A stretch of DNA of 64,000 bases from Candidatus Bathyarchaeum sp. (GTDB taxonomy: Archaea > Thermoproteota > Bathyarchaeia > Bathyarchaeales > Bathyarchaeaceae): NCBI GenBank assembly GCA_026014565.1, contig JAOZIB010000043.1, forward strand, positions 5,854-69,853, given 5' to 3'. The position numbers and the translations under genes are program-made. This document shows positions 45,890 through 54,605 of this stretch, in pieces. Position 1 is the first letter of the stretch; each line of letters opens with the position of its first letter. The notes beneath the pieces were generated by a model. That model worked only from the letters and a program-made list of their open reading frames with translations. It was not told the DNA's origin and did no database searches.

Positions 45890-46909
45890 TCAGCAAAATT
45901 CACCATCAATTTTTGCTCCACAAAATGGACAACTGGAATCCTGAATCATATTTTCGTTAATGCAATAACCAATCCGGTGAATCAAGTTTTTTCCACATTT
46001 TGGACAAAACGTGCTTTCCCCGTTTTCGCCTGGAACATTGCCCACATAAACATACTTCAAACCTGTTTGTAGCCCAATTTGTCTAGCCTTTTGCAAGGTC
46101 TCAACAGGTGTAGAAGCGACATCCAATAGCTTGTACATGGGATGAAAACCACTCACATGCCAAGGAGTTTCTGGTCCTACTTCATCGTTGATGAATGCTG
46201 CAATCTGTTTTAACTCTTTTTCGGAATCATTCAAGGTTGGGATAATCAAAGTCGTTAATTCAACCCAAATTCCTAATTTTTTGTGCAGTTTAATACAGTC
46301 CAAAACAGGTTGCAAACGCGCTCCACAGGTTTTATGATAAAAAGCGTCACTAAAACTTTTCAAGTCAATGTTTGATGCATCCAAATAGGGAGCAATTTCA
46401 CGCAAGGCTTCTTCGGTGATATATCCGTTAGTTACGAAAACATTCTCGAGGCCTTCTTTTTTTGCTAGTTTTGCAACATCCAAGGCATACTCAAAAAAGA
46501 TTGTTGGCTCGGTGTAGGTGTACGCTATGCTTTTGCAACCGTTTTGTTTAGCCGCCAAAACAACAGCTTCTGGAGGTGTTTCCCGTCCAATTATTACTTC
46601 GCGTTCTGTGGGCATTTGAGATATGTCAAAGTTTTGGCAGTTATCACAACGAAAATTGCAGCCAACAGTGGAAATGGAATAAGACAAAGACCCCGGGAAA
46701 AAATGAAACAAGGGCTTTTTTTCAATAGGGTCAACTGAGCGGGCAACAAGTCGTGCATAAACTAAACTGAAAAGTTTACCATTAATGTTTTCTCGCACCC
46801 CACAAAGGCCTCTTTGTGATTCGCCAATGTTTCTGCAACGGTGATTGCACAGGCTACAGTTAACATGGTTGTCGTCTGATTTTTCGTAAAACATTGCTTC
46901 TTTCAACAT
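45890..46909 (-). CDS. amrS: AmmeMemoRadiSam-system radical SAM enzyme
   Basis: N-terminal CSLCNHRC..GLCGVRE zinc-type motif, radical SAM CNFRCDNCQN, C-terminal CPKCG...CPFCG. ATG at MLKEAMFYEK preferred over the upstream TTG at 46933. Confidence 0.8.
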   Translation of the reverse strand: MLKEAMFYEKSDDNHVNCSLCNHRCRNIGESQRGLCGVRENINGKLFSLVYARLVARSVDPIEKKPLFHFFPGSLSYSISTVGCNFRCDNCQNFDISQMPTEREVIIGRETPPEAVVLAAKQNGCKSIAYTYTEPTIFFEYALDVAKLAKKEGLENVFVTNGYITEEALREIAPYLDASNIDLKSFSDAFYHKTCGARLQPVLDCIKLHKKLGIWVELTTLIIPTLNDSEKELKQIAAFINDEVGPETPWHVSGFHPMYKLLDVASTPVETLQKARQIGLQTGLKYVYVGNVPGENGESTFCPKCGKNLIHRIGYCINENMIQDSSCPFCGAKIDGEFC

Positions 46910-47021
46910 GGTGCCCCCATTCAAGATATACAAGAGAACATGGCACTTAAACTTTCAAATTTTGAGAAAAATTAGTAAACAATATAGCCTGTGAATTCCA
47001 TCTTGTATTGCAGGTGTTTTT

Positions 47022-47267
47022 ATGGTCAAATTTCGAGTGGAAATAAACCACAATGCTTGTCAGGGTTTTGGGGCGTGTGTAGAATTGTGTTCAGATTTTG
47101 ATATTTCTGACGAAACTGGAAAATCCCACATGAGTGATGCAACAAAAAGCGAAAAGGGAGAAACAAAAGAGCTAACTGATCTAGGTTGTTACGAAAAAGC
47201 TGCAAAAGCTTGTCCCTTTAACGCCATTCATATTATCAATTTAGAAACTAACGAAAAAATCTTGTAA
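47022..47267 (+). CDS. small ferredoxin (4Fe-4S)
   Basis: CQGFGACVELC ... CPFNAI cysteine pattern. Immediately upstream of the oxidoreductase genes. Confidence 0.7.
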   Translation: MVKFRVEINHNACQGFGACVELCSDFDISDETGKSHMSDATKSEKGETKELTDLGCYEKAAKACPFNAIHIINLETNEKIL

Positions 47268-47281
47268 GCTTTGGTGCCATA

Positions 47282-49027
47282 ATGATACGTAACAAAATTT
47301 CGATGCTAGTTGGTGGAGAAGCCGGAGCAGGAATAAGCCGTTCAGGTTTATTATTTGCAAAATCTTGCCTAAGAGGAGGATTGTGCGTTTTTGGTGCTAA
47401 CGATTATCAATCCCTTATTCGAGGGGGGCACAACTTTTACACCGTCCGAGCTTGTGAAGAAGAAATCTACTCACAGGCAGACAAAACTGACCTTCTTATC
47501 GCCCTAAACAAAGAAACAGTTCTTTTGCACAAGAATGAACTAGTTTCTGGTGCAGGAATAATCTATGATAAAGAAGAATTCAGTATAAATCCAGAAGATG
47601 TGGAAAGCAAGGACGTGAAACTGTATCATGTACCTCTCAGAAAAATTGCTAAAGAACTCACAGGTCCACAGATAATGGAGAACACTGTTGCCTTAGGCGC
47701 TGCAACTGCTCTGTTGGATTACGATCTTACAATTTTAAATGAAGTATTGCAGGATACTTTCAAAGAAAAAGTTGCTCAACAAAACATGGAAGCAGCAAAA
47801 CGCGGATTTAATTATGTTAAAGAAAATTATGGAGATAATTTTGGTTACAAGCTTGAAAAAACAAAATTAGCAGGAAGCAAAAGAATTTTTCTAACAGGAA
47901 ACGAGGCCATTGGTCTTGGGGCTTTGAATGCTGGATGTAAATTTTATGCTGCATATCCGATGACTCCTGCTACTACTATTCTTCATTTTCTTGCGCCCTT
48001 GGACAGAGAATACAAAATGGTAGTAATCCAAACCGAGAGCGAAATCGCTGCAATAAACATGGTTACAGGGGCCTCGTACGCAGGAGTAAGGGCAATGACT
48101 GCAACATCAGGGGGAGGTTTTTCCCTAATGGCAGAAGCCATAGGAATGGCAGGTATGACAGAAACATCACCGGTTATAGTTTTGGTTCAACGGCCCGGAC
48201 CCAGCACAGGACTGCCCACATATAGTTCCCAAACAGACATAAGATTTGCAATTCACGTATCCCAAGGAGAATTTCCAAGAATAGTAATTGCTCCCGGAGA
48301 CGTACATGAATGCTTTTACAGCACAGTAGAAGCTTTCAATTTAGCAGAAAAGTTTCAGATGCCTGTGATTATTATTTCTGACAAGTATTTATCTGAAAGT
48401 AATGCAACCGCCGAACAGTTTGATCAAAACAGAATTGGGATCGATCGTGGGCAGCTAATAACAGAACAAGAATACAGACAAGAAGAAGAGTATATGCGAC
48501 ACAGAATTACCGAAACTGGAGTTTCAGTTAGAGCAATTCCAGGCATTAGAGGAGCAATTGTGCGAACCAATGCTGATGAACATAATGAGTTAGGTTATAC
48601 TACAGAAGATCCTGTTTTGACAAAAAAGATGAACGATAAACGGTTTAGGAAAATGGATGAATTAATTAAGGAAATGGAAAACTACGAAACCGTCAAACTT
48701 TATGGCCCAAAAAATGCAGATGTAACTATTGTTGGGTGGGGATCCACTAAAGGTCCAATTAGAGAAGCAATGAAAATCATAAACAAAAATGGAAAGTGTG
48801 TTAACTTTTTGCAGATTGTGTATTTGTGTCCTTTTCCCACAAACAAAATTGAAGAACAACTGAAGTCTGCAAAAATGACGATTGCAGTTGAGAATAACAA
48901 GACTTCACAGTTGTCGGGACTAATTCAAGAAAATCTCCTAATGACTGTTGACCATAAAATTTTGAAATACGACGGTAGGCCTTTTGATCCGGAAGCTCTT
49001 GCCAAACAAATAATGGAGGTGCTTTAG
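47282..49027 (+). CDS. 2-oxoacid:ferredoxin oxidoreductase, fused gamma-alpha subunit
   Basis: N-terminal gamma-type domain (GGEAGAGISRSG), then an alpha domain GNEAIGLGALNAGCKFYAAYPMTPAT. Substrate specificity is not assignable from the sequence. Confidence 0.85.
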   Translation: MIRNKISMLVGGEAGAGISRSGLLFAKSCLRGGLCVFGANDYQSLIRGGHNFYTVRACEEEIYSQADKTDLLIALNKETVLLHKNELVSGAGIIYDKEEFSINPEDVESKDVKLYHVPLRKIAKELTGPQIMENTVALGAATALLDYDLTILNEVLQDTFKEKVAQQNMEAAKRGFNYVKENYGDNFGYKLEKTKLAGSKRIFLTGNEAIGLGALNAGCKFYAAYPMTPATTILHFLAPLDREYKMVVIQTESEIAAINMVTGASYAGVRAMTATSGGGFSLMAEAIGMAGMTETSPVIVLVQRPGPSTGLPTYSSQTDIRFAIHVSQGEFPRIVIAPGDVHECFYSTVEAFNLAEKFQMPVIIISDKYLSESNATAEQFDQNRIGIDRGQLITEQEYRQEEEYMRHRITETGVSVRAIPGIRGAIVRTNADEHNELGYTTEDPVLTKKMNDKRFRKMDELIKEMENYETVKLYGPKNADVTIVGWGSTKGPIREAMKIINKNGKCVNFLQIVYLCPFPTNKIEEQLKSAKMTIAVENNKTSQLSGLIQENLLMTVDHKILKYDGRPFDPEALAKQIMEVL

Positions 49028-49028
49028 T

Positions 49029-49886
49029 TTGGTGTCTCTTAATGATTTAAGAACGCCCAAAACGAACACATGGTGTCCGGGATGCGGGAACTTTGGAATT
49101 TTAATGGCATTCAAAAAAGCTTTGATCGAAACAGGCATAGAACGTGAAGACGCAGTTATGGTTTCAGGAATCGGCTGCCACGGAAAAATTGTCAACTACG
49201 TAAACATTAATGGTTTTCATGGAATTCATGGCAGAGTTTTACCTACCGCACAGGGAATAAAACTTGCAAATCCAGACTTAACAGTAATCGGTTTTGCTGG
49301 AGACTCCGACCAATACAACGAAGGCTGGGGTCATTTTGCTCATGCAGTAAGAGCAAACGTGGATATGACTTTGATTGTCCACGATAACATGGTTTTGGGT
49401 TTAACCACGGGCCAAGCAACTCCAACAAGCCAACAAGGATTCAAATCCAAATCAACTCCCTTTGGCGTTATTCCACCGATGTTAAATCCGATAGCACACG
49501 CCTTAGTTAGTGACGCAACTTTTGTTGCCAGGGGATATTCAGGGGATATGTTCCATCTGAAAAACCTAATAGTAGAGGCAATTAAACACCGGGGCTTTGC
49601 CTTCATTGACGTGTTTCAACCTTGTGTGTCTTTTAATTATCTGAACACCTATGCTTGGTTTAGTAAACGAGTGTACAAGCTTGAAGACGAAAACCACGAT
49701 GTAACAGACCATAAAAAGGCGTTAAAAAAAGCTTTAGAATGGGGCGATAAAATTCCCATTGGAATATTTTACAAAAAAGAACGGCCCATCTATAGTGACA
49801 GCCTTTCCCAGGTTAAAGATGAAAACTTGACAAAACTGTCCAAACAAAATATTGACATAACTTCAGCAATGAAAGAAATGATGTAA
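49029..49886 (+). CDS. 2-oxoacid:ferredoxin oxidoreductase, beta (TPP-binding) subunit
   Basis: WCPGCGNFGIL, GIGCHG and GDSDQYNEG motifs. Start is 1 nt after the alpha-subunit stop. Confidence 0.9.
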   Translation: MVSLNDLRTPKTNTWCPGCGNFGILMAFKKALIETGIEREDAVMVSGIGCHGKIVNYVNINGFHGIHGRVLPTAQGIKLANPDLTVIGFAGDSDQYNEGWGHFAHAVRANVDMTLIVHDNMVLGLTTGQATPTSQQGFKSKSTPFGVIPPMLNPIAHALVSDATFVARGYSGDMFHLKNLIVEAIKHRGFAFIDVFQPCVSFNYLNTYAWFSKRVYKLEDENHDVTDHKKALKKALEWGDKIPIGIFYKKERPIYSDSLSQVKDENLTKLSKQNIDITSAMKEMM

Positions 49887-49906
49887 CCAAAACTAGCTCT
49901 AACGCT

Positions 49907-50539
49907 TTATGGATTCATGCTTTGGGCGTCAGTCATTAGTTTCAATCGGATTAGAGGAGCTTTTCGTTCTGAGAGCTTCTTTACTTGTGGAGATACATTT
50001 TGGAAAACGTCCCAGGCTTCCAACACAATGAAGTTGTCAGCGACTTTTCGGTCAATCATTCGCATACGTGTCGTTAACTCTTCAATAATCAAGTTTTCTG
50101 CAATTAATTCGGGCATGCAAACTTCGCCCTTTTCAATTAGCTTTTGCACAATCATCTCTTTGAGTTCGTCGCCCTGTTCCATTTCCTTAAAGTGTTTTGT
50201 GGCTTTTTTTCGAAATTTTATTTGTGACATAGAAAATTGGGGCATTTTCTGGCAGAAAGTAACCCTTTCGCGCCATTTTTCTAGCCATTGCGGGGTCCAA
50301 ACCTTCAAAAAGCATCTTACTTCATCGTGGCGAGTTTGATCCTTGATAATTTGATCGATATCAACTTTTTTGTCTTGGTCCCGTGTGGTTAGACAAATCT
50401 GCAGGTCTTGGTATGCAAAATCTAGTAGTTTGCGTTCTGATCCGAAAATGTCCACATCAGGAATTTCAGATTCTAGAATGTCCGCTAACCAGCACATAAG
50501 CAGATTCTTTGAGGCTCGAAGAGTTCTCTTGGATGACAT
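49907..50539 (-). CDS. hypothetical all-helical protein
   Basis: 210-aa ORF, ATG start, with GGGGGT 9 nt upstream. No recognisable motif. Confidence 0.5.
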   Translation of the reverse strand: MSSKRTLRASKNLLMCWLADILESEIPDVDIFGSERKLLDFAYQDLQICLTTRDQDKKVDIDQIIKDQTRHDEVRCFLKVWTPQWLEKWRERVTFCQKMPQFSMSQIKFRKKATKHFKEMEQGDELKEMIVQKLIEKGEVCMPELIAENLIIEELTTRMRMIDRKVADNFIVLEAWDVFQNVSPQVKKLSERKAPLIRLKLMTDAQSMNP

Positions 50540-50847
50540 TTACTTGAACCCCCCAGGAGGAACATATAACCTGTGCTTTCTGGAAGTATATGAGGTTTTC
50601 CAATTTATGTGTGAAAGCATAAATCAACCACAAATAAATGAGAAAAAACAACAAAACAATCAAACTGTATGAGGTAAAACAGTATTAATTGGGATAATAT
50701 TCAGATGCCATCGATCAAAAACCGATTTTTTTAAATAATGATAAAATAAAATTTTTACAAGAAACGAGCAGGGTGGGTAATCTTTAATAAATAGCATTTG
50801 CCCATTCTGTTAACGTCACGAGAAATGCGTAGGAGAGAAAAAAGCGC

Positions 50848-51258
50848 TTGGCAAAATTCAAAGTAATTGTATCAGATCCAGCAGATGGAACATCCAAAGC
50901 AGTAGAATTAGAAGGACCACAAGCCGTTCCATTAATCGGAAGAAAAATTGGAGAAGAACTTGACGGAACCGCACTTAAACTGTCAGGATTCAAACTAAAA
51001 ATCACTGGCGGCTCAGACAAAGATGGTTTCCCCATGCGACCAAACATTCATGGAGGAATTCGTATCGGTGCCATTCTAAGCGAGGGCGTAGGTTTTCATG
51101 CAACCCGCAAAGGCGACCGCAAACGCAAAACCCTTCGAGGCAATGTCATAACTGATGCAATCGTTCAAGTGAACATGAAAGTTACCGACAAGCCGAAGGG
51201 CAAAAAACTCAAAGAAGATGCTCCAGCAGAAACCGAAGCTGAAGCAGCCGAACAATAA
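50848..51258 (+). CDS. rps6e: 30S ribosomal protein S6e
   Basis: AKFKVIVSDP..., GGSDKDGFPMR motif. TTG start with GGAG upstream and TATA-like TTTAATAAATA about 50 nt upstream. Confidence 0.9.
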   Translation: MAKFKVIVSDPADGTSKAVELEGPQAVPLIGRKIGEELDGTALKLSGFKLKITGGSDKDGFPMRPNIHGGIRIGAILSEGVGFHATRKGDRKRKTLRGNVITDAIVQVNMKVTDKPKGKKLKEDAPAETEAEAAEQ

Positions 51259-51282
51259 TTCTTAATCAGTTTTTAGGTTTGT

Positions 51283-51308
51283 GGGCAATTTTTGCCCAAC
51301 ATTTTTTG
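51283..51308 (+). terminator. hairpin GGGCAA-TTT-TTGCCC followed by a T6 run after rps6e
   Basis: 6-bp GC-rich stem 51283-51297, then ATTTTTTG. Confidence 0.5.
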
Positions 51309-51423
51309 AAGTAAGCAGACTTTATTGCGTTTTTGAGTATAAGGCTTGTGTTTTCGGTTTAATGGAATAGCTTTTTTAATAGTTTAGTTGTTGTTTTACT
51401 CGTTAAAATGGAGTGTTTAGTCG

Positions 51424-51708
51424 TTGTTGACCGAAATTTTAAGTGACCAACAATTGATTGATTTGTATAATGAAGGTGGTTGTTTGATTTACGTTGATTA
51501 CCCCAAACAAGAAATCAAATTTCACACAGTTGATTGTATGCTAGCAGACCCAATCAGCACAGTTGGAGTCAAACCCTCAAAGGCAAAAGAAAACCAGTCC
51601 GGAGAAGTTTGGTATTCCAAAGAACGTGATGAAGTTCTCGCCAAGGCAGACGAAATCGTCAAAGAGAAAGGCTACACTTTAGAAATTTGTGCTATCTGCG
51701 ACCGCTAA
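51424..51708 (+). CDS. hypothetical protein (94 aa)
   Basis: TTG start with GGAG ~11 nt upstream. Contains C..C at the C-terminus (CAICDR). No recognisable family. Confidence 0.4.
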   Translation: MLTEILSDQQLIDLYNEGGCLIYVDYPKQEIKFHTVDCMLADPISTVGVKPSKAKENQSGEVWYSKERDEVLAKADEIVKEKGYTLEICAICDR

Positions 51709-51722
51709 TAACTGTTTTTGCT

Positions 51723-52136
51723 TCAAGGGTTATCTTGAAGTTTTTGTTTTCTTTTTTTGTATTCATTGTACATGTTTTCGACTTGTCTTCTGCTGACGTA
51801 TCCTTTGTGAGGTCTAAACCCGCCTTTGAATCCATGGGGAATGTGCATTAATTCGTGAAGTACTGTGCGTTCTTTGTCTTCTTGGCTTAGTTTGTCATAG
51901 CGTTCGCTTAAAACTTCAATAACATATGCAGGAGGCAGCCCAAGGGCTTGTTGCCAAATTTTTCCGAATCCATGAATCCTAGCAATTATGCGTCTGGATT
52001 TTGAGCCTTCACTGCGAAAACAGTGAACGTCTTCTGGAACTACATGGGTGAACTGTAGTTGTTGAATGATTTCGTCTGCCAGTTTTTTGACATCTGGCGC
52101 TTCGTAGTACTTCAGTGGCAATTTTGTTTCACCCAA
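51723..52136 (-). CDS. predicted zinc metallopeptidase (HExxH, SprT/COG4900-like)
   Basis: HELMHIPHGFKGGFRPH near the C-terminus, ARIHGFGKIWQQAL upstream. Start uncertain: the ORF is open to 52301, which would overlap the divergent gene at 52222. A TTG at 52136 gives the ~138-aa size usual for this family. Confidence 0.6.
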   Translation of the reverse strand: MGETKLPLKYYEAPDVKKLADEIIQQLQFTHVVPEDVHCFRSEGSKSRRIIARIHGFGKIWQQALGLPPAYVIEVLSERYDKLSQEDKERTVLHELMHIPHGFKGGFRPHKGYVSRRQVENMYNEYKKRKQKLQDNP

Positions 52137-52221
52137 ACTAGCTGAGCAAATAAGGTTAATGTTTAATATAAATTGGTAACATTTCACTACTAGAGGAGTA
52201 AAATTTGGGGAAAAGTACAAC

Positions 52222-52455
52222 ATGCTATTAAAAGAGGCAATTGTTGAAGCCCTTAAATCTCTTGGAGGTTCCGGTTCGATATCAGAAGTCACTGCATACA
52301 TTCATGCAAAATATGGACGAGAACGATGGAAAGATATCGGCACAGAAATGGCGGATATGTGTCCTGAAAGTGAATCATCACTGACACCAGTAAGTGAAAG
52401 ATTTCTAAAGAGAATTGGACGAAGAGAATACGTTTTAGTTGGCTTCAATCCTTAA
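52222..52455 (+). CDS. small HARE-HTH / Mrr-N-like winged-helix protein
   Basis: MLLKEAIVEALKSLGGSGSISEVTAYIHAKYG...EYVLVG matches the N-terminal wHTH of Mrr-type proteins. Stand-alone, 77 aa. Confidence 0.55.
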   Translation: MLLKEAIVEALKSLGGSGSISEVTAYIHAKYGRERWKDIGTEMADMCPESESSLTPVSERFLKRIGRREYVLVGFNP

Positions 52456-52539
52456 TTATCATCAACATGAAATTTCATTCTATAACAAACTTCCAGAAAT
52501 ATTAAATCACGTTTTGGTGTATGAGATAAGGAAGGAAAT

Positions 52540-52630
52540 GGTATCAAGCTCATGAAGGAATGAGGTACTCCCCTACCTCATACGGTATTTTAGCTGTGAA
52601 ACCTTTTGTTATTTTATACTTGTTAAGGCA
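52540..52630 (+). repeat. hairpin-bearing unit A (candidate sRNA)
   Basis: ATGAGGTA-CTCCCC-TACCTCAT perfect 8-bp hairpin at 52560-52581. Ends CTTGTTAAGGCA. T5 run at 52654-52658. Confidence 0.5.
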
Positions 52631-52711
52631 GAATCATTATCGGTGCTCAACTGTTTTTATTTCCTAAAACAGGGAAGATGAAAATGAAAAACAGTAGAAG
52701 CAGGTGATTGG

Positions 52712-52737
52712 ACTGAAGGTGCTTCCCTGCCCACTAC
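52712..52737 (+). repeat. degenerate middle copy of the unit core
   Basis: ACTGAAGG-TGCTTCCCTGCCCACTAC aligns with CATGAAGG...TACTCCCCTACCTCATAC of unit A (12 of 18 core positions identical). T5 run at 52746-52750. Confidence 0.35.
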
Positions 52738-52870
52738 AAAACAGCTTTTTCTTGATTTGGATATTCTATAATTACTAATTCAAAATCAATATTTGTAAAT
52801 AAGTAAACAAAAATCGAGTGAAAATGTCGAAAGAAAGCAGGAATACGTAGTGACACTGAATAGGAGTGAA

Positions 52871-52951
52871 GTTATATCAAAGTGAGGGACTACCCGACCT
52901 CATTCCACATTTGCATATTGAAGTGTTTTATTATTTGAGACTTGTTAAGCA
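52871..52951 (+). repeat. hairpin-bearing unit B (candidate sRNA)
   Basis: TGAGG-GACTACCCGA-CCTCA hairpin at 52883-52902. The tail aligns with unit A at about two thirds identity and ends CTTGTTAAGCA. Confidence 0.5.
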
Positions 52952-52993
52952 ATTACCAGTAGGTCAACTAACTAAAATCATTCAACTCGAAAG

Positions 52994-53005
52994 TTTTAAT
53001 ATATA
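52994..53005 (+). promoter_or_regulatory. TATA-like box for the aIF2-gamma gene
   Basis: TTTTAATATATA centred ~40 nt upstream of the ATG at 53042. Confidence 0.35.
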
Positions 53006-53041
53006 GTCTATTTTCTATGTTGCTAAGGATTATTGATTACC

Positions 53042-54313
53042 ATGGCATCAACTGATACACCTAAACGCAAGAAAGCTTTGGCGTTACCTAAACAACCCGA
53101 GGTCAACATTGGCACTATTGGTCACGTAGACCATGGAAAAACCACTCTGGTTGAAGCAATAACAGGAGTATGGGCAGCAAAACACAGCGAAGAACTCCGA
53201 CGAGGCATCACCATCAAACTAGGATATGCAGATGCCCCGATCTTCAAATGCCCGAAATGCGATGAACCCCAATGCTACACGTCAAACACTACTTGTTCCA
53301 ATTGTGGCTCAGACGCAGAATTTGTAAGAGCCATTAGCTTTGTTGATGCCCCAGGACATGAAGCCCTCATGGCAACTATGCTTTCAGGAGCAACAGTCAT
53401 GGACGGCGCATTACTAATAATCGCAGCCAACGAAAAATGTCCCCAACCCCAAACCAGAGAACACCTCGCAGCCATTGAACTGGCCGGAATAACAAACATC
53501 ATTATCGTTCAAAACAAAATAGACATCGTAGACCAAAAAAAAGCCATGGAAAGCTACAAAGAAATACAAGACTTTGTAAAAGGCACAGTCGCAGAAGGAA
53601 AACCAATCATTCCTGTTTCTGCCCAGCACATGGCAAACGTTGATGCTGTTTTACAAGCAATAGAAAAATTCATACCAACACCCAAACGTGACCCAACCAA
53701 ACCCCCAAGAATGTTTGTTGTGCGCTCCTTTGACGTTAACAAACCTGGAGACACAATCGACGAAATCGACGGCGGAGTAATTGGAGGGAGCATTTTCCAA
53801 GGAACATTCAAAGTAGGCGACGAAGTAGAAATCCGCCCAGGAATCAAGGTAAACAAACAAGGAAAAACATTCTACGAGCCAATCTTCACCCAGATCACAA
53901 GCTTAAGTGCAGGAGGAAAACAAGTCGACGAAGCCCAAAGCGGAGGATTAGTAGGAATAGGAACATACCTAGACCCTTCAATGACCAAAGCTGACGGTCT
54001 TACTGGAAACATGGTGGGAAAACCTGATTTGTTACCTGCTACACGGTCTGAGATTGCTGTGGGAACTCATCTTTTGAAGCGTGCCATTGGAACTAAAGAG
54101 CTAGTTGAAGTTTCTAACATAATCAAGGGTGAAAAACTGTTGTTGGATGTTGGAACCACTATCACTATTGGAGTTGTATCCTCCTCAAAGAAAGACAGCG
54201 CTAAACTTACCCTTGCCCGACCAATCTGTGCCGAAGACGGAGCAAGAGCAGCCATCAGCAGAAAAATTGGCGGGCGATGGCGCCTGATTGGGTATGGAAT
54301 AATCCAAAGCTAG
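53042..54313 (+). CDS. eif2g: translation initiation factor aIF2 gamma subunit
   Basis: G1 GHVDHGKTTL, G3 DAPGHE, G4 NKID. Zinc-ribbon insertion CPKC...CSNCG. Domains II/III follow. Confidence 0.93.
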   Translation: MASTDTPKRKKALALPKQPEVNIGTIGHVDHGKTTLVEAITGVWAAKHSEELRRGITIKLGYADAPIFKCPKCDEPQCYTSNTTCSNCGSDAEFVRAISFVDAPGHEALMATMLSGATVMDGALLIIAANEKCPQPQTREHLAAIELAGITNIIIVQNKIDIVDQKKAMESYKEIQDFVKGTVAEGKPIIPVSAQHMANVDAVLQAIEKFIPTPKRDPTKPPRMFVVRSFDVNKPGDTIDEIDGGVIGGSIFQGTFKVGDEVEIRPGIKVNKQGKTFYEPIFTQITSLSAGGKQVDEAQSGGLVGIGTYLDPSMTKADGLTGNMVGKPDLLPATRSEIAVGTHLLKRAIGTKELVEVSNIIKGEKLLLDVGTTITIGVVSSSKKDSAKLTLARPICAEDGARAAISRKIGGRWRLIGYGIIQS

Positions 54314-54324
54314 ATTACTAGTTT

Positions 54325-54350
54325 TGGGTGCATCACACCCATTTCTGTTG
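54325..54350 (+). terminator. hairpin TGGGTG-CATCA-CACCCA plus a T-rich tract after aIF2-gamma
   Basis: 6-bp stem starting 12 nt after the stop, followed by TTTCTGTTGTTT. Confidence 0.45.
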
Positions 54351-54605
54351 TTTAAGGCCTGATGCAAAAGGAGGATAGTTTGCGTTTTTTTAGTCTTTTA
54401 GGTTTAGATTTGGTGATTGGTTTTATTACGTCATCAAAGAAATCATCAGCCACTTAAAAGTGCCCTTCAAAAACCTTTTCTCATATGTCATTACTTAATA
54501 TTTAAGTTTTGTTTCGTATTAAAAATATGAACCGAAAAACTGCAGACTGGAATCAAAAAGCTTACGTAGACAAATACAATATAAAGATAATGAAAGGAGA
54601 TTGAA

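Noticed and set aside
52456-53041. Considered the repeat-containing gap as a CRISPR array or as a replication origin (ORB-like repeats around an AT-rich stretch).
   Set aside because: Not CRISPR: only three copies, which are diverged, ~160 bp apart rather than 60-75 bp, and no cas genes. Origin unlikely on present evidence: all copies are in direct rather than inverted orientation, there is no orc1/cdc6 gene in the window, and I cannot match the core to known ORB consensus sequences. It remains a minor alternative to test.
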